A stretch of 64,000 nucleotides of DNA. It comes from a virus. The stretch is from the IMG/VR virus record IMGVR_UViG_3300032373_000004, positions 6,109 to 70,108 of that record; one strand, 5' to 3'. The translations under genes were made by a program, and so were the position numbers. Positions 49,685 through 59,314 of this stretch are shown one piece after another. The number at the start of each line of letters is the position of its first letter. Positions within the stretch are counted from its first letter, which is position 1. The notes beneath the pieces were generated by a model that was given only the letters and a program-made list of their open reading frames with translations, ran no database searches and was not told where the DNA came from.

Positions 49685-49993
49685 TTATTTCTTTTTCTTT
49701 CTCCCACCTTCTCCAGCTCTACCACGATTAGTAGATGATTTTACAAATCTATTAGTGGCATGGTCATAATCTTTTCCTTTTATATTTTTTCCTTTTTTTG
49801 TAGCCTCTCTTCTTTTTTTGTTAGCTTCTGCTCTTTTTTTCTTTTGAGCTGGTCTAGCATTTATTTTTTTATCAGTAGCTGCTTTTTTCTTTCTCGCTGC
49901 TGAGTTCTTTTTATAATACTGTGTGCTTGTACCCATATTTCTACTCTTAATTTTTATTCGTATATTTGCAAATATAATAAAAAATAACAACAT
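49685..49993 (-). CDS. highly basic histone-like/DNA-binding protein (probable true start at internal Met, about 49934)
   Basis: KKKAATDKKINARPAQKKKRAEANKKRREATKKGK..GRKKKK; palindromic promoter box sits between the internal Met and the divergent + gene. Confidence 0.5.
   Translation of the reverse strand: MLLFFIIFANIRIKIKSRNMGTSTQYYKKNSAARKKKAATDKKINARPAQKKKRAEANKKRREATKKGKNIKGKDYDHATNRFVKSSTNRGRAGEGGRKKKK
49959..49974. promoter_or_regulatory. palindromic bidirectional promoter element TATATTTGCAAATATA
   Basis: Perfect 16-nt palindrome giving a TAnnTTTG box in both orientations, about 30 nt upstream of ATG 49996 (+) and of the internal Met of the divergent minus gene. Confidence 0.5.
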
Positions 49994-49995
49994 TT

Positions 49996-51750
49996 ATGAT
50001 TTTTATAAAGAAAAGTGTTATAGATGAAGAAAAGTTGTTCTATCTTAATGGGTTAGATTACGAAAAAGGTCTTTTTAAACTATATTATAATAAAGTAAAT
50101 AGAAACAGTGATAACCTTAGTTTAGATAATATCAGAGTAGGTATACGTTCTATAGAACAGGAGAATGATATTTTAACAATCCCTGCTAATTTTACAGAGT
50201 TTACGAAAGATGGTGTAAATCCATATTCTTCTTTTAATGAATTAATTCTCGATTTATCTGATTTATTGGGTTTTGAAAATGGCGGTAGGTTGGGGAGTGG
50301 TATCAATATTGTCCAAAGAGTAAATGGTTTTTCTGATTTAGAAGCTGGGGAAGATGTAGGTGATTTAGCGTTTGTAGAAAATTCAGAAGGTACACAATGG
50401 TTACCTAATTCTTTAGGAGGAACTTATTATCCTTCTGGGTGGTATCTGTGGAATGACCCTAATTGGGTTTCTGATAAAAACGCAATAGCTAATCAATTAG
50501 AACAAAGTATATTAGATATAAATAATCATACGCATACTTTATCAGATATTACAGATTTTGAAGATTATGAGTATAGAGTTAAGGTTAAACAGGCTTCTGA
50601 TTTACAAGGAGTATTAGATAGTAATAAAATCTATGTAGTAGATGGTAAAATAGATATGGGCTCTATAGAAATAGAAGTTCCATCAGGAGGTTTATTTATT
50701 GAAGGATTTGATTATTTTGTATCTTGTTTATATTCTAGTGAAGATAATCATACTATGTTTAAGAATTCAACTGGTCAAGCAGCAGGTAATTTCAAATTAG
50801 GAAATATAAGTATATATTCTTCTGGAAATAATTCAAAAATATTTGAATTAGATAATCAATTAAATTTCGGAGCTATTGAATTTAATAGTGTAAATATAGG
50901 AGATTTTTCTGTATTAACAACAGAAATAGGTCAGTTAAATCAATATAGACAATTTAGAACTAATGATTGTGCTTTTATTAGGATAGGAGATGGTTTAAAT
51001 TTCGGAGGAGTTTGGGCTGGAGGATTTAGAATTACAGATACTATATTATTAGCTATCCCAGCTAATACTTCTGTTTTTAAAGAAGGTGTTAATTTGAATT
51101 TCTTAGGAAGTTCTTTATCAGACTTAAATGCTGTTAGTATAGATAACACCACTATTGTATTTGATTTTCAAGATTCTAATTTTTCTATGGATGAAGGTTT
51201 TTCAATGAATGGGGCTAGGTTTAATATTAGTTCAAATCCTGTTCCTAATATGACGTTGAGTTCTACTAAAAGAAATTTTTCTAATTGTACAGGTGTAACA
51301 AATACATTTGAAGGAGCTAAGTGGGAATTAACTACTCAACAGGAAACTGGATTAACATTAAATACTTTGACTAAATTAGAAGGTGTAACAACATATAGTA
51401 ATTTAGTTTATTTTGGTACAAATGGTAATAATAGCATAGTTTATAATTCTTCTATAATTAAAGATTATGTAGTATCAGGTCAATTAGTAATTGATGGAGG
51501 AGCTAATGATGACATTGAAATAATTGTTAGAAAATGGAATAATTTAACATCATCATATACTGATGAGTCTGTCTTTTTAAGACGTATATCGAATATTGTA
51601 GGTGGATTAGATATAGCTTATTTTAATCCTTATACTAACGTTAGTCTTAATATAAATGATAGAATTGAAATATGGGTTAGAAATATAACTGATAATACAA
51701 ACGTTACTTTATTAGAAGGTTCTTTTATAAATATAATATCAAGAAATTAA
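49996..51750 (+). CDS. structural protein, tail-fiber/receptor-binding-like (584 aa)
   Basis: N/S/T/G-rich beta-type composition, follows divergent promoter, heads a + strand late-gene block. Confidence 0.5.
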   Translation: MIFIKKSVIDEEKLFYLNGLDYEKGLFKLYYNKVNRNSDNLSLDNIRVGIRSIEQENDILTIPANFTEFTKDGVNPYSSFNELILDLSDLLGFENGGRLGSGINIVQRVNGFSDLEAGEDVGDLAFVENSEGTQWLPNSLGGTYYPSGWYLWNDPNWVSDKNAIANQLEQSILDINNHTHTLSDITDFEDYEYRVKVKQASDLQGVLDSNKIYVVDGKIDMGSIEIEVPSGGLFIEGFDYFVSCLYSSEDNHTMFKNSTGQAAGNFKLGNISIYSSGNNSKIFELDNQLNFGAIEFNSVNIGDFSVLTTEIGQLNQYRQFRTNDCAFIRIGDGLNFGGVWAGGFRITDTILLAIPANTSVFKEGVNLNFLGSSLSDLNAVSIDNTTIVFDFQDSNFSMDEGFSMNGARFNISSNPVPNMTLSSTKRNFSNCTGVTNTFEGAKWELTTQQETGLTLNTLTKLEGVTTYSNLVYFGTNGNNSIVYNSSIIKDYVVSGQLVIDGGANDDIEIIVRKWNNLTSSYTDESVFLRRISNIVGGLDIAYFNPYTNVSLNINDRIEIWVRNITDNTNVTLLEGSFINIISRN

Positions 51751-51751
51751 T

Positions 51752-52348
51752 ATGGAAGAAGGTGTAATATTTTATATAAATAATCGAAGAGAATTAAGAA
51801 TATATGAACTATTAAAAAATATGTCATATATACCATTGATAGAACATTTCGATTTTACAACAATAGGTCTTAGGACTGAAACTCCTGTATATGGTAATGG
51901 AGGTGTTAAAATAAGTTCTTCATATACAATGAATGGGAATGAAGTAGTTAAAAAATTATTTAGTTATGTGGATGACGGTGTTTGGGTGGAAATTGTTTGG
52001 ATGAAGAAAGATGGAAGTACAGGTATTAAAAAAACAATATTTAAACCTTTGAATATTGTTGAGATACATAAAATAAATAAATCAAATAGAGATAGGACTA
52101 TAACTTATTTACAAGCTAGTGCTATAGGTACACCTATAGAAAATTATGTTAATGATATATTGAAATTTTGTAAAAATGAAATTGATTTGTTTATTTATAA
52201 TAACACTGATGATTTTAAAGAAAAGATAGAAAATACAATATTAGAACCTTACAGGACATATTTAAATGACATAATAGTAGAAGCACCTTCTGAGCAATAT
52301 CCTACAGGTAAGACAGTTAAAGATTCTATATTACAACAAATAAATTAA
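51752..52348 (+). CDS. hypothetical protein (198 aa), possible fiber accessory
   Basis: ORF 2 nt after previous. Confidence 0.45.
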   Translation: MEEGVIFYINNRRELRIYELLKNMSYIPLIEHFDFTTIGLRTETPVYGNGGVKISSSYTMNGNEVVKKLFSYVDDGVWVEIVWMKKDGSTGIKKTIFKPLNIVEIHKINKSNRDRTITYLQASAIGTPIENYVNDILKFCKNEIDLFIYNNTDDFKEKIENTILEPYRTYLNDIIVEAPSEQYPTGKTVKDSILQQIN

Positions 52349-52358
52349 AAAATACAAA

Positions 52359-52772
52359 ATGAAAAAAATTATTAAAATTACAGGGAGTTTATTATTAAAC
52401 TTACTGCTTGTTATAATAGCGATATTTTTATTAAAATATTTATTAATACCAGCTATTATTATAACATTGTTTATTTCCTTTTTTAATAGGAAGGTAGGTA
52501 ATGGGTTTTTGAACATTAGTCAATATCTAAGAGAAGTAGCGTTGTCTATAGACCAATTAGGTAATGTGATATGTTCAGACCTTTTTGATATAACACTTAT
52601 TAATAAAAACGGTTATAAGTTTGGTAACCCTGATGAAACAATATCAGGAGTTATAGGTAAAAATCAAAAATTAAAAACATTAACATTTATAGGTAAAGGG
52701 TTAAATAAAATATTAAATATTATTGAAAAAGACCATTCTATAAACGCTATTGAAGAAGATGAAAAAAATTAG
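52359..52772 (+). CDS. membrane protein, holin candidate
   Basis: N-terminal hydrophobic helices (LLLNLLLVIIAIFLLKYLLIPAIIITLFISFF); immediately upstream of endolysin. Confidence 0.4.
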   Translation: MKKIIKITGSLLLNLLLVIIAIFLLKYLLIPAIIITLFISFFNRKVGNGFLNISQYLREVALSIDQLGNVICSDLFDITLINKNGYKFGNPDETISGVIGKNQKLKTLTFIGKGLNKILNIIEKDHSINAIEEDEKN

Positions 52773-52774
52773 TT

Positions 52775-53263
52775 ATGAAATCAATATTTTTATTTTTTCA
52801 AAATGTAACAATAGGTAAAAAAATATTACTGTTACTAACCCCCATAATAAGTATTATAATTTCTATGAAAGCAGCTATTTTTGGATTATGGTTACTTATA
52901 TTTTTTGATTTATTAACAGGTATAAGAAAATCATTACACGTAAAAAAAATACCATTTAATCCTTTAAATGCTTCTTTTCGGAAAGCTATTAAAAGTTATT
53001 TACTTAGACAAACGTGGAGAAAAACATATGAATATGGATTAGGTATAATAATCATTATTATATTTGAATCATTGATATTAGGTTCAACACCTATAGCTTT
53101 GATAGGTAAATCATTTACTATTGCTGAATTATCGGTTTTAATTCCAGCAGCAGTAGAAGTATGGAGTATTTTTGAGAATTTTGAGGAGGTTTCTGGTAGA
53201 AATGTATTTAAAGTTATAAAGAGTTTATTACCTGCTCCGTTATCAAGATTATTTAATAAATAA
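52775..53263 (+). CDS. multi-pass membrane protein, holin candidate
   Basis: Three to four hydrophobic segments; adjacent to amidase. Confidence 0.45.
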   Translation: MKSIFLFFQNVTIGKKILLLLTPIISIIISMKAAIFGLWLLIFFDLLTGIRKSLHVKKIPFNPLNASFRKAIKSYLLRQTWRKTYEYGLGIIIIIIFESLILGSTPIALIGKSFTIAELSVLIPAAVEVWSIFENFEEVSGRNVFKVIKSLLPAPLSRLFNK

Positions 53264-53275
53264 AAACAAAATTAA

Positions 53276-53872
53276 ATGGGAAAAACAGTAGTTTTAGATG
53301 CAGGTCATGGAGGTATGATAAATGGAGTATATCAAACAGCAGGTAAAAGAAGCCCTAATTATTCAAAAGGAATTCTTTACGAAGGTATGTTTAATAGGTG
53401 GGTAGTAAATAGAGTTAAAGAAGAATTAGATAGATTAACTATACCATATTATTATATATCTGCTGAGGATGCTGATGTTAGTTTACAAGCTAGGGTCAAT
53501 CGAGCAAATAACATATATCAGAGTGATAAGTTTACTTATATTCTTTCTATTCATGCTAATGCTGGAGGAGGTAAAGGAGTTGAAGGATTCACTACTATAG
53601 GGAACACTGATTCTGATAGAATAGGTGAAGTAATTCTTAGTAATTTAGAAAATGACCTAAGAGGTCAAAGAATGAGATTTGATAGAACTGATGGTGATAG
53701 AGATAAAGAAGTTAATTATTACATTTTAAGAAAACCAGCGATGTCCGCTTTTTTGTTAGAATGTGGTTTTATGGATAATGAGTCTGATTACAATAATCTT
53801 TGGGATAAAGATTATTTAAATTCTCTGGTACAATCTTTAGTTAAAAGTATAAAAGAAATTTATGAAAATTAA
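53276..53872 (+). CDS. N-acetylmuramoyl-L-alanine amidase (Amidase_3) endolysin
   Basis: VVLDAGHGG, LSIHANAGGGKG, Zn-ligand pattern of the AmiC/CwlV family. Confidence 0.8.
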   Translation: MGKTVVLDAGHGGMINGVYQTAGKRSPNYSKGILYEGMFNRWVVNRVKEELDRLTIPYYYISAEDADVSLQARVNRANNIYQSDKFTYILSIHANAGGGKGVEGFTTIGNTDSDRIGEVILSNLENDLRGQRMRFDRTDGDRDKEVNYYILRKPAMSAFLLECGFMDNESDYNNLWDKDYLNSLVQSLVKSIKEIYEN

Positions 53873-54482
53873 TGTAACTAATATTTTACTAATAGCTTTA
53901 ATAGTCATAATGGGATGGCAAACTTTTAGTACAAGTTCAGAAGAACCTGTAAAGGATGAAACTATTATTATTCCAGAAGTTAAAGGTAGTACAGGAAAAA
54001 AAGAGGTTGAACAAGTTGTCTTACAACCAATATATTTACCAAGCAGTAATGAAAAAGTAAATGTGGATTCAGTCTTAAAAGATAAATATGAACAGGCTCT
54101 TAAAGAAAAAGACTCTTTGACTCAAAGAACACTTTATTTAGAAGCAATTAAAATTAATAAATATGAACAAATACTCGTTGATAATGATTCTATTGAGATT
54201 AAGGGATATGCTAGGACTCGTGGAAGTCTCTTGGATTACTCCGTTGATTATAGAATTAAGCCCTTTAATTACACATACACTCCTAAAGTAATAAAGAAAA
54301 GACCAAAATTATCTATGGGGTTACAAGTTGAATCAGGAATACCAGTACTACCTACTACTAATTTTTTATTAAAAGGTGGTATTTATTTTGAAAACAATAA
54401 AGGTAATGGTTTCAGTTTAGGTTATGATACTCAACAAAGATTATGGATAGGAGTTAGAAAGACATTTACATTAAAAAAATAA
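53862..54482 (+). CDS. N-terminally membrane-anchored protein (possible spanin-like lysis accessory)
   Basis: TM segment ILLIALIVIMGW then soluble domain; overlaps amidase stop by 11 nt. Confidence 0.35.
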   Translation: MKINVTNILLIALIVIMGWQTFSTSSEEPVKDETIIIPEVKGSTGKKEVEQVVLQPIYLPSSNEKVNVDSVLKDKYEQALKEKDSLTQRTLYLEAIKINKYEQILVDNDSIEIKGYARTRGSLLDYSVDYRIKPFNYTYTPKVIKKRPKLSMGLQVESGIPVLPTTNFLLKGGIYFENNKGNGFSLGYDTQQRLWIGVRKTFTLKK

Positions 54483-54483
54483 T

Positions 54484-55920
54484 ATGGCAAAAATAAATGA
54501 TATTACAAAATATAAACCTGATAATTTAATATCATTAGGAGATATACTTTTAGGTAGTGATTCTGATGATAATTTCAAAACTAAAAATTTTACATTAGAA
54601 GGTATTTATAATTTTATTAATAAACTTAATGGTTCAGATAACAGTAATAACCTTTTAAGATTTTCTACAATTGATTCTTTTGATGAAAACGATGGGGTTT
54701 TTAACACTAATTCAGGAGAATTAGTGTTTACAAATATTAACACGTTAAGTTTTAGTAAAATAGGTAGAGATAATAATGATTTAGAATCATTCTTTGATTT
54801 TTTAATATTAAATAAGGATTTTTTGTTATTAACTATAAACGTACCTAATAATTCTGAAATAATTAATTATTTTTCCATTAATGATATAACTGTTAATTCT
54901 GAAATGGGAGAGGTAAATGGATATGTTATAGATGTTGAATTATTTAATAATATATCATTAGGGGAACTAGTTGATGATAATATATATTCTATAGGTTATA
55001 TATTGAAGAGTGGTGGAGAACCAGTTTTTGACCCAGAAAATGTTTCAGATTCTTTATTCGCTGACGAATCTCATGGAGGGTTACCTGCTGGAACTACAGT
55101 AGGCAGTCAACGAGGTAGATTATTACAAGATATGTTATTAGATATTGTTTTCCCTACCAAATTAGCATATATTAATATTTCAAAGAATGTTAGTTTTACA
55201 GGGATTAGTTCTCAGAGTTTAGAGGTAGGTACTTCTATCAGTAGAATTTTTTCAGTTATTTTAAATAAAGGTTCTATTAATAATGGAGATAATTCTGTAG
55301 CTGGAGATTTAGTAGGAGATTTAAATAATGTAATAATTAAAGATAATATTACTAATATTAATATTATTGATGATAATTCTCCAGTATCGAATAATGAAAC
55401 ATATGATTTATCTAATTATATTGTTAAGCAGGGTAATAATCAGTGGGAATTAACAGCATCGCATTTAGCTGGTACAACAGTATATTTAAATAATAAAGGT
55501 GTTATAGGAACTAATTTATCGACTAGTCAAGTAGCTGGAGATATAATTCGTACATCTTCGATTATAAGTGGTAGGTATAATAGATGGCACTATTTAGGTG
55601 GTCAGAACACATCTCCTAATGATTCTACAAATGTTAGGTTGTTATCAACTAATTCATTGTTATCATCATCTAATACAGGTTCATTTTCCACTAATATACC
55701 TGCTGGAACACAGGAATTCACCGTTTATTATCCTATAGGTAAAACATTAACAGTTATAGATACTGGTAATTTAAATAATAATCTAAGTGGTTCATTTATT
55801 AAAACTCCTATAAATATTGATGATGCAGTAGGTACGAGTGTTAATTATGAGAAAGCAACTATATTTTTAGGATTATCAGGTTTTCCTAGTAGTACTAATT
55901 TTAACATAACAATATCTTAA
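54484..55920 (+). CDS. structural protein (478 aa), fiber/baseplate-like
   Basis: N/S/T/G-rich, in late-gene block. Confidence 0.45.
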   Translation: MAKINDITKYKPDNLISLGDILLGSDSDDNFKTKNFTLEGIYNFINKLNGSDNSNNLLRFSTIDSFDENDGVFNTNSGELVFTNINTLSFSKIGRDNNDLESFFDFLILNKDFLLLTINVPNNSEIINYFSINDITVNSEMGEVNGYVIDVELFNNISLGELVDDNIYSIGYILKSGGEPVFDPENVSDSLFADESHGGLPAGTTVGSQRGRLLQDMLLDIVFPTKLAYINISKNVSFTGISSQSLEVGTSISRIFSVILNKGSINNGDNSVAGDLVGDLNNVIIKDNITNINIIDDNSPVSNNETYDLSNYIVKQGNNQWELTASHLAGTTVYLNNKGVIGTNLSTSQVAGDIIRTSSIISGRYNRWHYLGGQNTSPNDSTNVRLLSTNSLLSSSNTGSFSTNIPAGTQEFTVYYPIGKTLTVIDTGNLNNNLSGSFIKTPINIDDAVGTSVNYEKATIFLGLSGFPSSTNFNITIS

Positions 55921-55923
55921 AAA

Positions 55924-57849
55924 ATGAGTTTAAATTTACCATTTGGAGTATTCAGGTCAACAAGAGGAGACACTGATTTAAAATTTAGAGTTGCAGATGA
56001 TTCTGCTAGAAATAGTCTTATTATAAATGACCTTATAGATATAGGACATATTATATATCATATTGCTGATAATAATCATTATAAGTTAGACACATATCCT
56101 ACATATGGTTCTCTAACAGGAATTGTTTGGAAACCTGTAGGTAATGAAAAATCGAGTTCGATTACTTCGACATCAGAAGATACTGTAGCAACATCTAAAG
56201 CTGTTAATGATTTAAAAATATTAATTGATTCTATAAACACGTTATTATTATCTGATGATGTAACATTGGATGAGTTACAAGAGATAGTAGATTTCATAAA
56301 GCAGAACAAAGATGACTTAGATACATTAACAATATCAAATATTTCAGGGTTATCAGATGCTTTAGATTTAAAATTAGAGAGAGGAGGTTATACAGGAACA
56401 GCACAGGATTTAAAAACATTAATAGATAATATTGATGGTTTTATAAGTGTTACAAAAACAGATACTAATTCTTGGGATGTTAATTATTCTACTAGATTAG
56501 GTAATACTGTGACACTTAATTTTCAAGATTGGTTTGATACTAAAATGAATGTATCAACATCTTTAACACCTAATGCGTTAAAGTTTCAAAATGAGTTAGG
56601 TAATTGGATTGTACCAAAAGCATCTACGTTTTTTCAAACTATTTATATAGATAGCACTATACCTAATAGTACATCTTCTATAATTAATGAATCATCATTC
56701 CCATTTAAGACAATGGAAGATGGTAAAAACGTTTTAATTTCATCAGGTTTAGAGTATTTACCTACTAGATATTATTTTTTAGATGATGCTGTACATCAAG
56801 GTACTGAATTATTACAGACAGATACTATATTTGATGCTAGAAGTACCGCTACTATAGATTTCACAGGTGTAAATGAAGGAACTTCTGTGATATCAACTAT
56901 AGGTGATAGTGATTTTAGTCCAACTTATGATTTTATAGGAGGTAAAATAAATGTACAATGTAATGTTGTTAGTGTTGACCCTTCTTATACTTGTAGTTTT
57001 ACACCTCAATATGGAATACAATCAGTCGCAGCATCTCAGGTTAGTTTAGTCGGTGAAATAGGTTATTTTCATTGGAATTGTAATAATGGTGGAACTACTG
57101 GGTTTTCAGAAAATCCTTTCCTAGCTCTTGGGAGAGGTTCATTAATAATAAGACAATTATATATCACATCGTTAACTAATAATGTGATTCGTTTAACGAA
57201 TCAAAATTTAAATTTAAGTATTACAGAATTAATTGTTACTGGAATAACTAGTCATATTCTTTGGAATTATTATCAAGGTTTTTCTGGAGTATCTACCACA
57301 TCTATTAATATAGATAATATCTCAATAGATGGTGGAGTTATAACTATAGGTTTAAGACCTACTGTTGGAAATATAACAGGTACAGGTAATGTATCTTTAC
57401 CTTCTGCTGTATATAATGATTCAGATATTGATTCTACAATATCTTTAAATACAGTTAATATAGGACGTATAAGTGGTAAAATAAATACAAATACTCCTAT
57501 AACAAGTAATTATTCAGCAGGGGGAGCTATTTTTGAAGATTTTGAAGGTTACATTAGTAATATAACTATGTTTTCTATTAATGTAAATGCTAGAATAATT
57601 TTTCGAGGGAATAATAAAATATTTTTATCAGGTACAAATAGACTAGCTAATTTAAATAGTGTGACTCATAGAGATGATGTTGTGCATATTGAAAGTGGTT
57701 TTACAGTAGTACAGAGAGAGACAGGGCAAGAAGCATCAAATATCTTTCTTAGTAATAATGCAAATCATGAGATGTTAATAACAACTTCTTTTTTTACAAA
57801 TGGTACTAATATTGGAATATCTACTAATAGAATAACTACAGAATACTAA
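55924..57849 (+). CDS. structural protein (641 aa), fiber-like
   Basis: S/T/N-rich repetitive beta-type composition. Confidence 0.45.
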   Translation: MSLNLPFGVFRSTRGDTDLKFRVADDSARNSLIINDLIDIGHIIYHIADNNHYKLDTYPTYGSLTGIVWKPVGNEKSSSITSTSEDTVATSKAVNDLKILIDSINTLLLSDDVTLDELQEIVDFIKQNKDDLDTLTISNISGLSDALDLKLERGGYTGTAQDLKTLIDNIDGFISVTKTDTNSWDVNYSTRLGNTVTLNFQDWFDTKMNVSTSLTPNALKFQNELGNWIVPKASTFFQTIYIDSTIPNSTSSIINESSFPFKTMEDGKNVLISSGLEYLPTRYYFLDDAVHQGTELLQTDTIFDARSTATIDFTGVNEGTSVISTIGDSDFSPTYDFIGGKINVQCNVVSVDPSYTCSFTPQYGIQSVAASQVSLVGEIGYFHWNCNNGGTTGFSENPFLALGRGSLIIRQLYITSLTNNVIRLTNQNLNLSITELIVTGITSHILWNYYQGFSGVSTTSINIDNISIDGGVITIGLRPTVGNITGTGNVSLPSAVYNDSDIDSTISLNTVNIGRISGKINTNTPITSNYSAGGAIFEDFEGYISNITMFSINVNARIIFRGNNKIFLSGTNRLANLNSVTHRDDVVHIESGFTVVQRETGQEASNIFLSNNANHEMLITTSFFTNGTNIGISTNRITTEY

Positions 57850-57861
57850 AAAATAAACAAT

Positions 57862-58422
57862 ATGAATATAGCAACAATTATTATAAATAAATATTTAACA
57901 TCAGAAGAACAATTAAATATAGTTTCTAATGGAGGTGATTTAACTATTACGATTATGGATTCTCAAACAGGTGAACAAGTAGATTTGAATATAGCTGATA
58001 AATTAGCTATTGGAGAAGGTTTATATTTTGTTCAGACTTTTAAAGATGTTGATTATCAGTTAAATAAGAATAATACAACAGTTAAAATTATAAATGATAA
58101 TGATAATTTTAAATTAAAAGCCAGTAAACTTATAGATATTGAGGGTAATAATGAAGAATTATTATCACATATAATCAATCTAAAAATAAGTGTTAATAAT
58201 GGAGATATTAATAATCCTATAACAAGTATTGTTGAGAATGTGGATATATATTCTACAATTTCTCAAGAACAGGTTGATAAGTTTAATAATTTAGGATTAA
58301 CGTTATTAGGTGAATTTTGGAAAGATTTTTCAGTAACAGGTAAATCAAAAATTGAATTTTTAAAAATGAATGACTCTACAATATTTATAGGTAATAATGA
58401 TAATGGTTTTATAACTAATTAA
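57862..58422 (+). CDS. hypothetical protein (186 aa)
   Basis: ORF. Confidence 0.45.
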   Translation: MNIATIIINKYLTSEEQLNIVSNGGDLTITIMDSQTGEQVDLNIADKLAIGEGLYFVQTFKDVDYQLNKNNTTVKIINDNDNFKLKASKLIDIEGNNEELLSHIINLKISVNNGDINNPITSIVENVDIYSTISQEQVDKFNNLGLTLLGEFWKDFSVTGKSKIEFLKMNDSTIFIGNNDNGFITN

Positions 58423-58490
58423 CTAATTTCTTATAAGAATCACCTAATGTGAAAATTTAGTATTTTTGTAATTAATAAAAATATAATATT

Positions 58491-58742
58491 ATGAAAACAC
58501 AAATACGAAAAATATCAGTAGGTAAGGATTATCCAGATGGGGTATTACATTATCAAGTAGGTAAAAATATAAATTTAGCTGGTAAACCTTATGAAATAAC
58601 AGATATATTAACCAATCAAGAATTATTGAATCAAGGTAAATTAGCATATGACGTATACATTGCTAATGTTGATGGAAAAGTTTTATGGAAAACTATTGTG
58701 GATGTACCAGTAGTTATTGAAAACAATATTAATTTTGAGTAA
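58491..58742 (+). CDS. hypothetical protein (83 aa)
   Basis: ORF. Confidence 0.4.
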   Translation: MKTQIRKISVGKDYPDGVLHYQVGKNINLAGKPYEITDILTNQELLNQGKLAYDVYIANVDGKVLWKTIVDVPVVIENNINFE

Positions 58743-58744
58743 TT

Positions 58745-59314
58745 TTGAAAAGTATTAATTATGTAATTGTTGAAGTAGATGATTTATATAATAATATTGA
58801 AGAAGGTATTGTTATTAATGATTCTATAGAGAGTGTTGAAAACATAAATAGAACTGCTAAGGTTATAAGTGCCCCTGATTTTACAATTTTAGAATCAGGG
58901 GATGAAATTATTATACATCATAATATATTTAGAAAAAAATATACTGTTAAAGGTAGACAAATAAATAGTAACTTCTGGATAGAAGGTAATAGATATTTTG
59001 TTCCATTAACAGAAATTTTTATGTATAAACGTGATAGTGAATGGGTGTGTGTAAATCCATATTGTTTTATAAAACCTATTGATGTTGAAGAAAATATACT
59101 AGGTTTTAATGTATTAGAAAACATACATAAAGGTAGATTAAATCACGAAGGAGTAGTATTATATTCTAACCCTGATTTAGAAAAACAAGGTATAATTGAA
59201 GGAACTAAAATTCTTTTCTCAAAGAATAGTGAATATGAATTTAAAATAGATGGTCAATTGTGTTATAAAATGACCACAAATGATATATTAGGGATTGTTG
59301 AATGGAAGGATTAA
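58745..59314 (+). CDS. hypothetical protein (189 aa)
   Basis: ORF. Confidence 0.45.
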   Translation: MKSINYVIVEVDDLYNNIEEGIVINDSIESVENINRTAKVISAPDFTILESGDEIIIHHNIFRKKYTVKGRQINSNFWIEGNRYFVPLTEIFMYKRDSEWVCVNPYCFIKPIDVEENILGFNVLENIHKGRLNHEGVVLYSNPDLEKQGIIEGTKILFSKNSEYEFKIDGQLCYKMTTNDILGIVEWKD

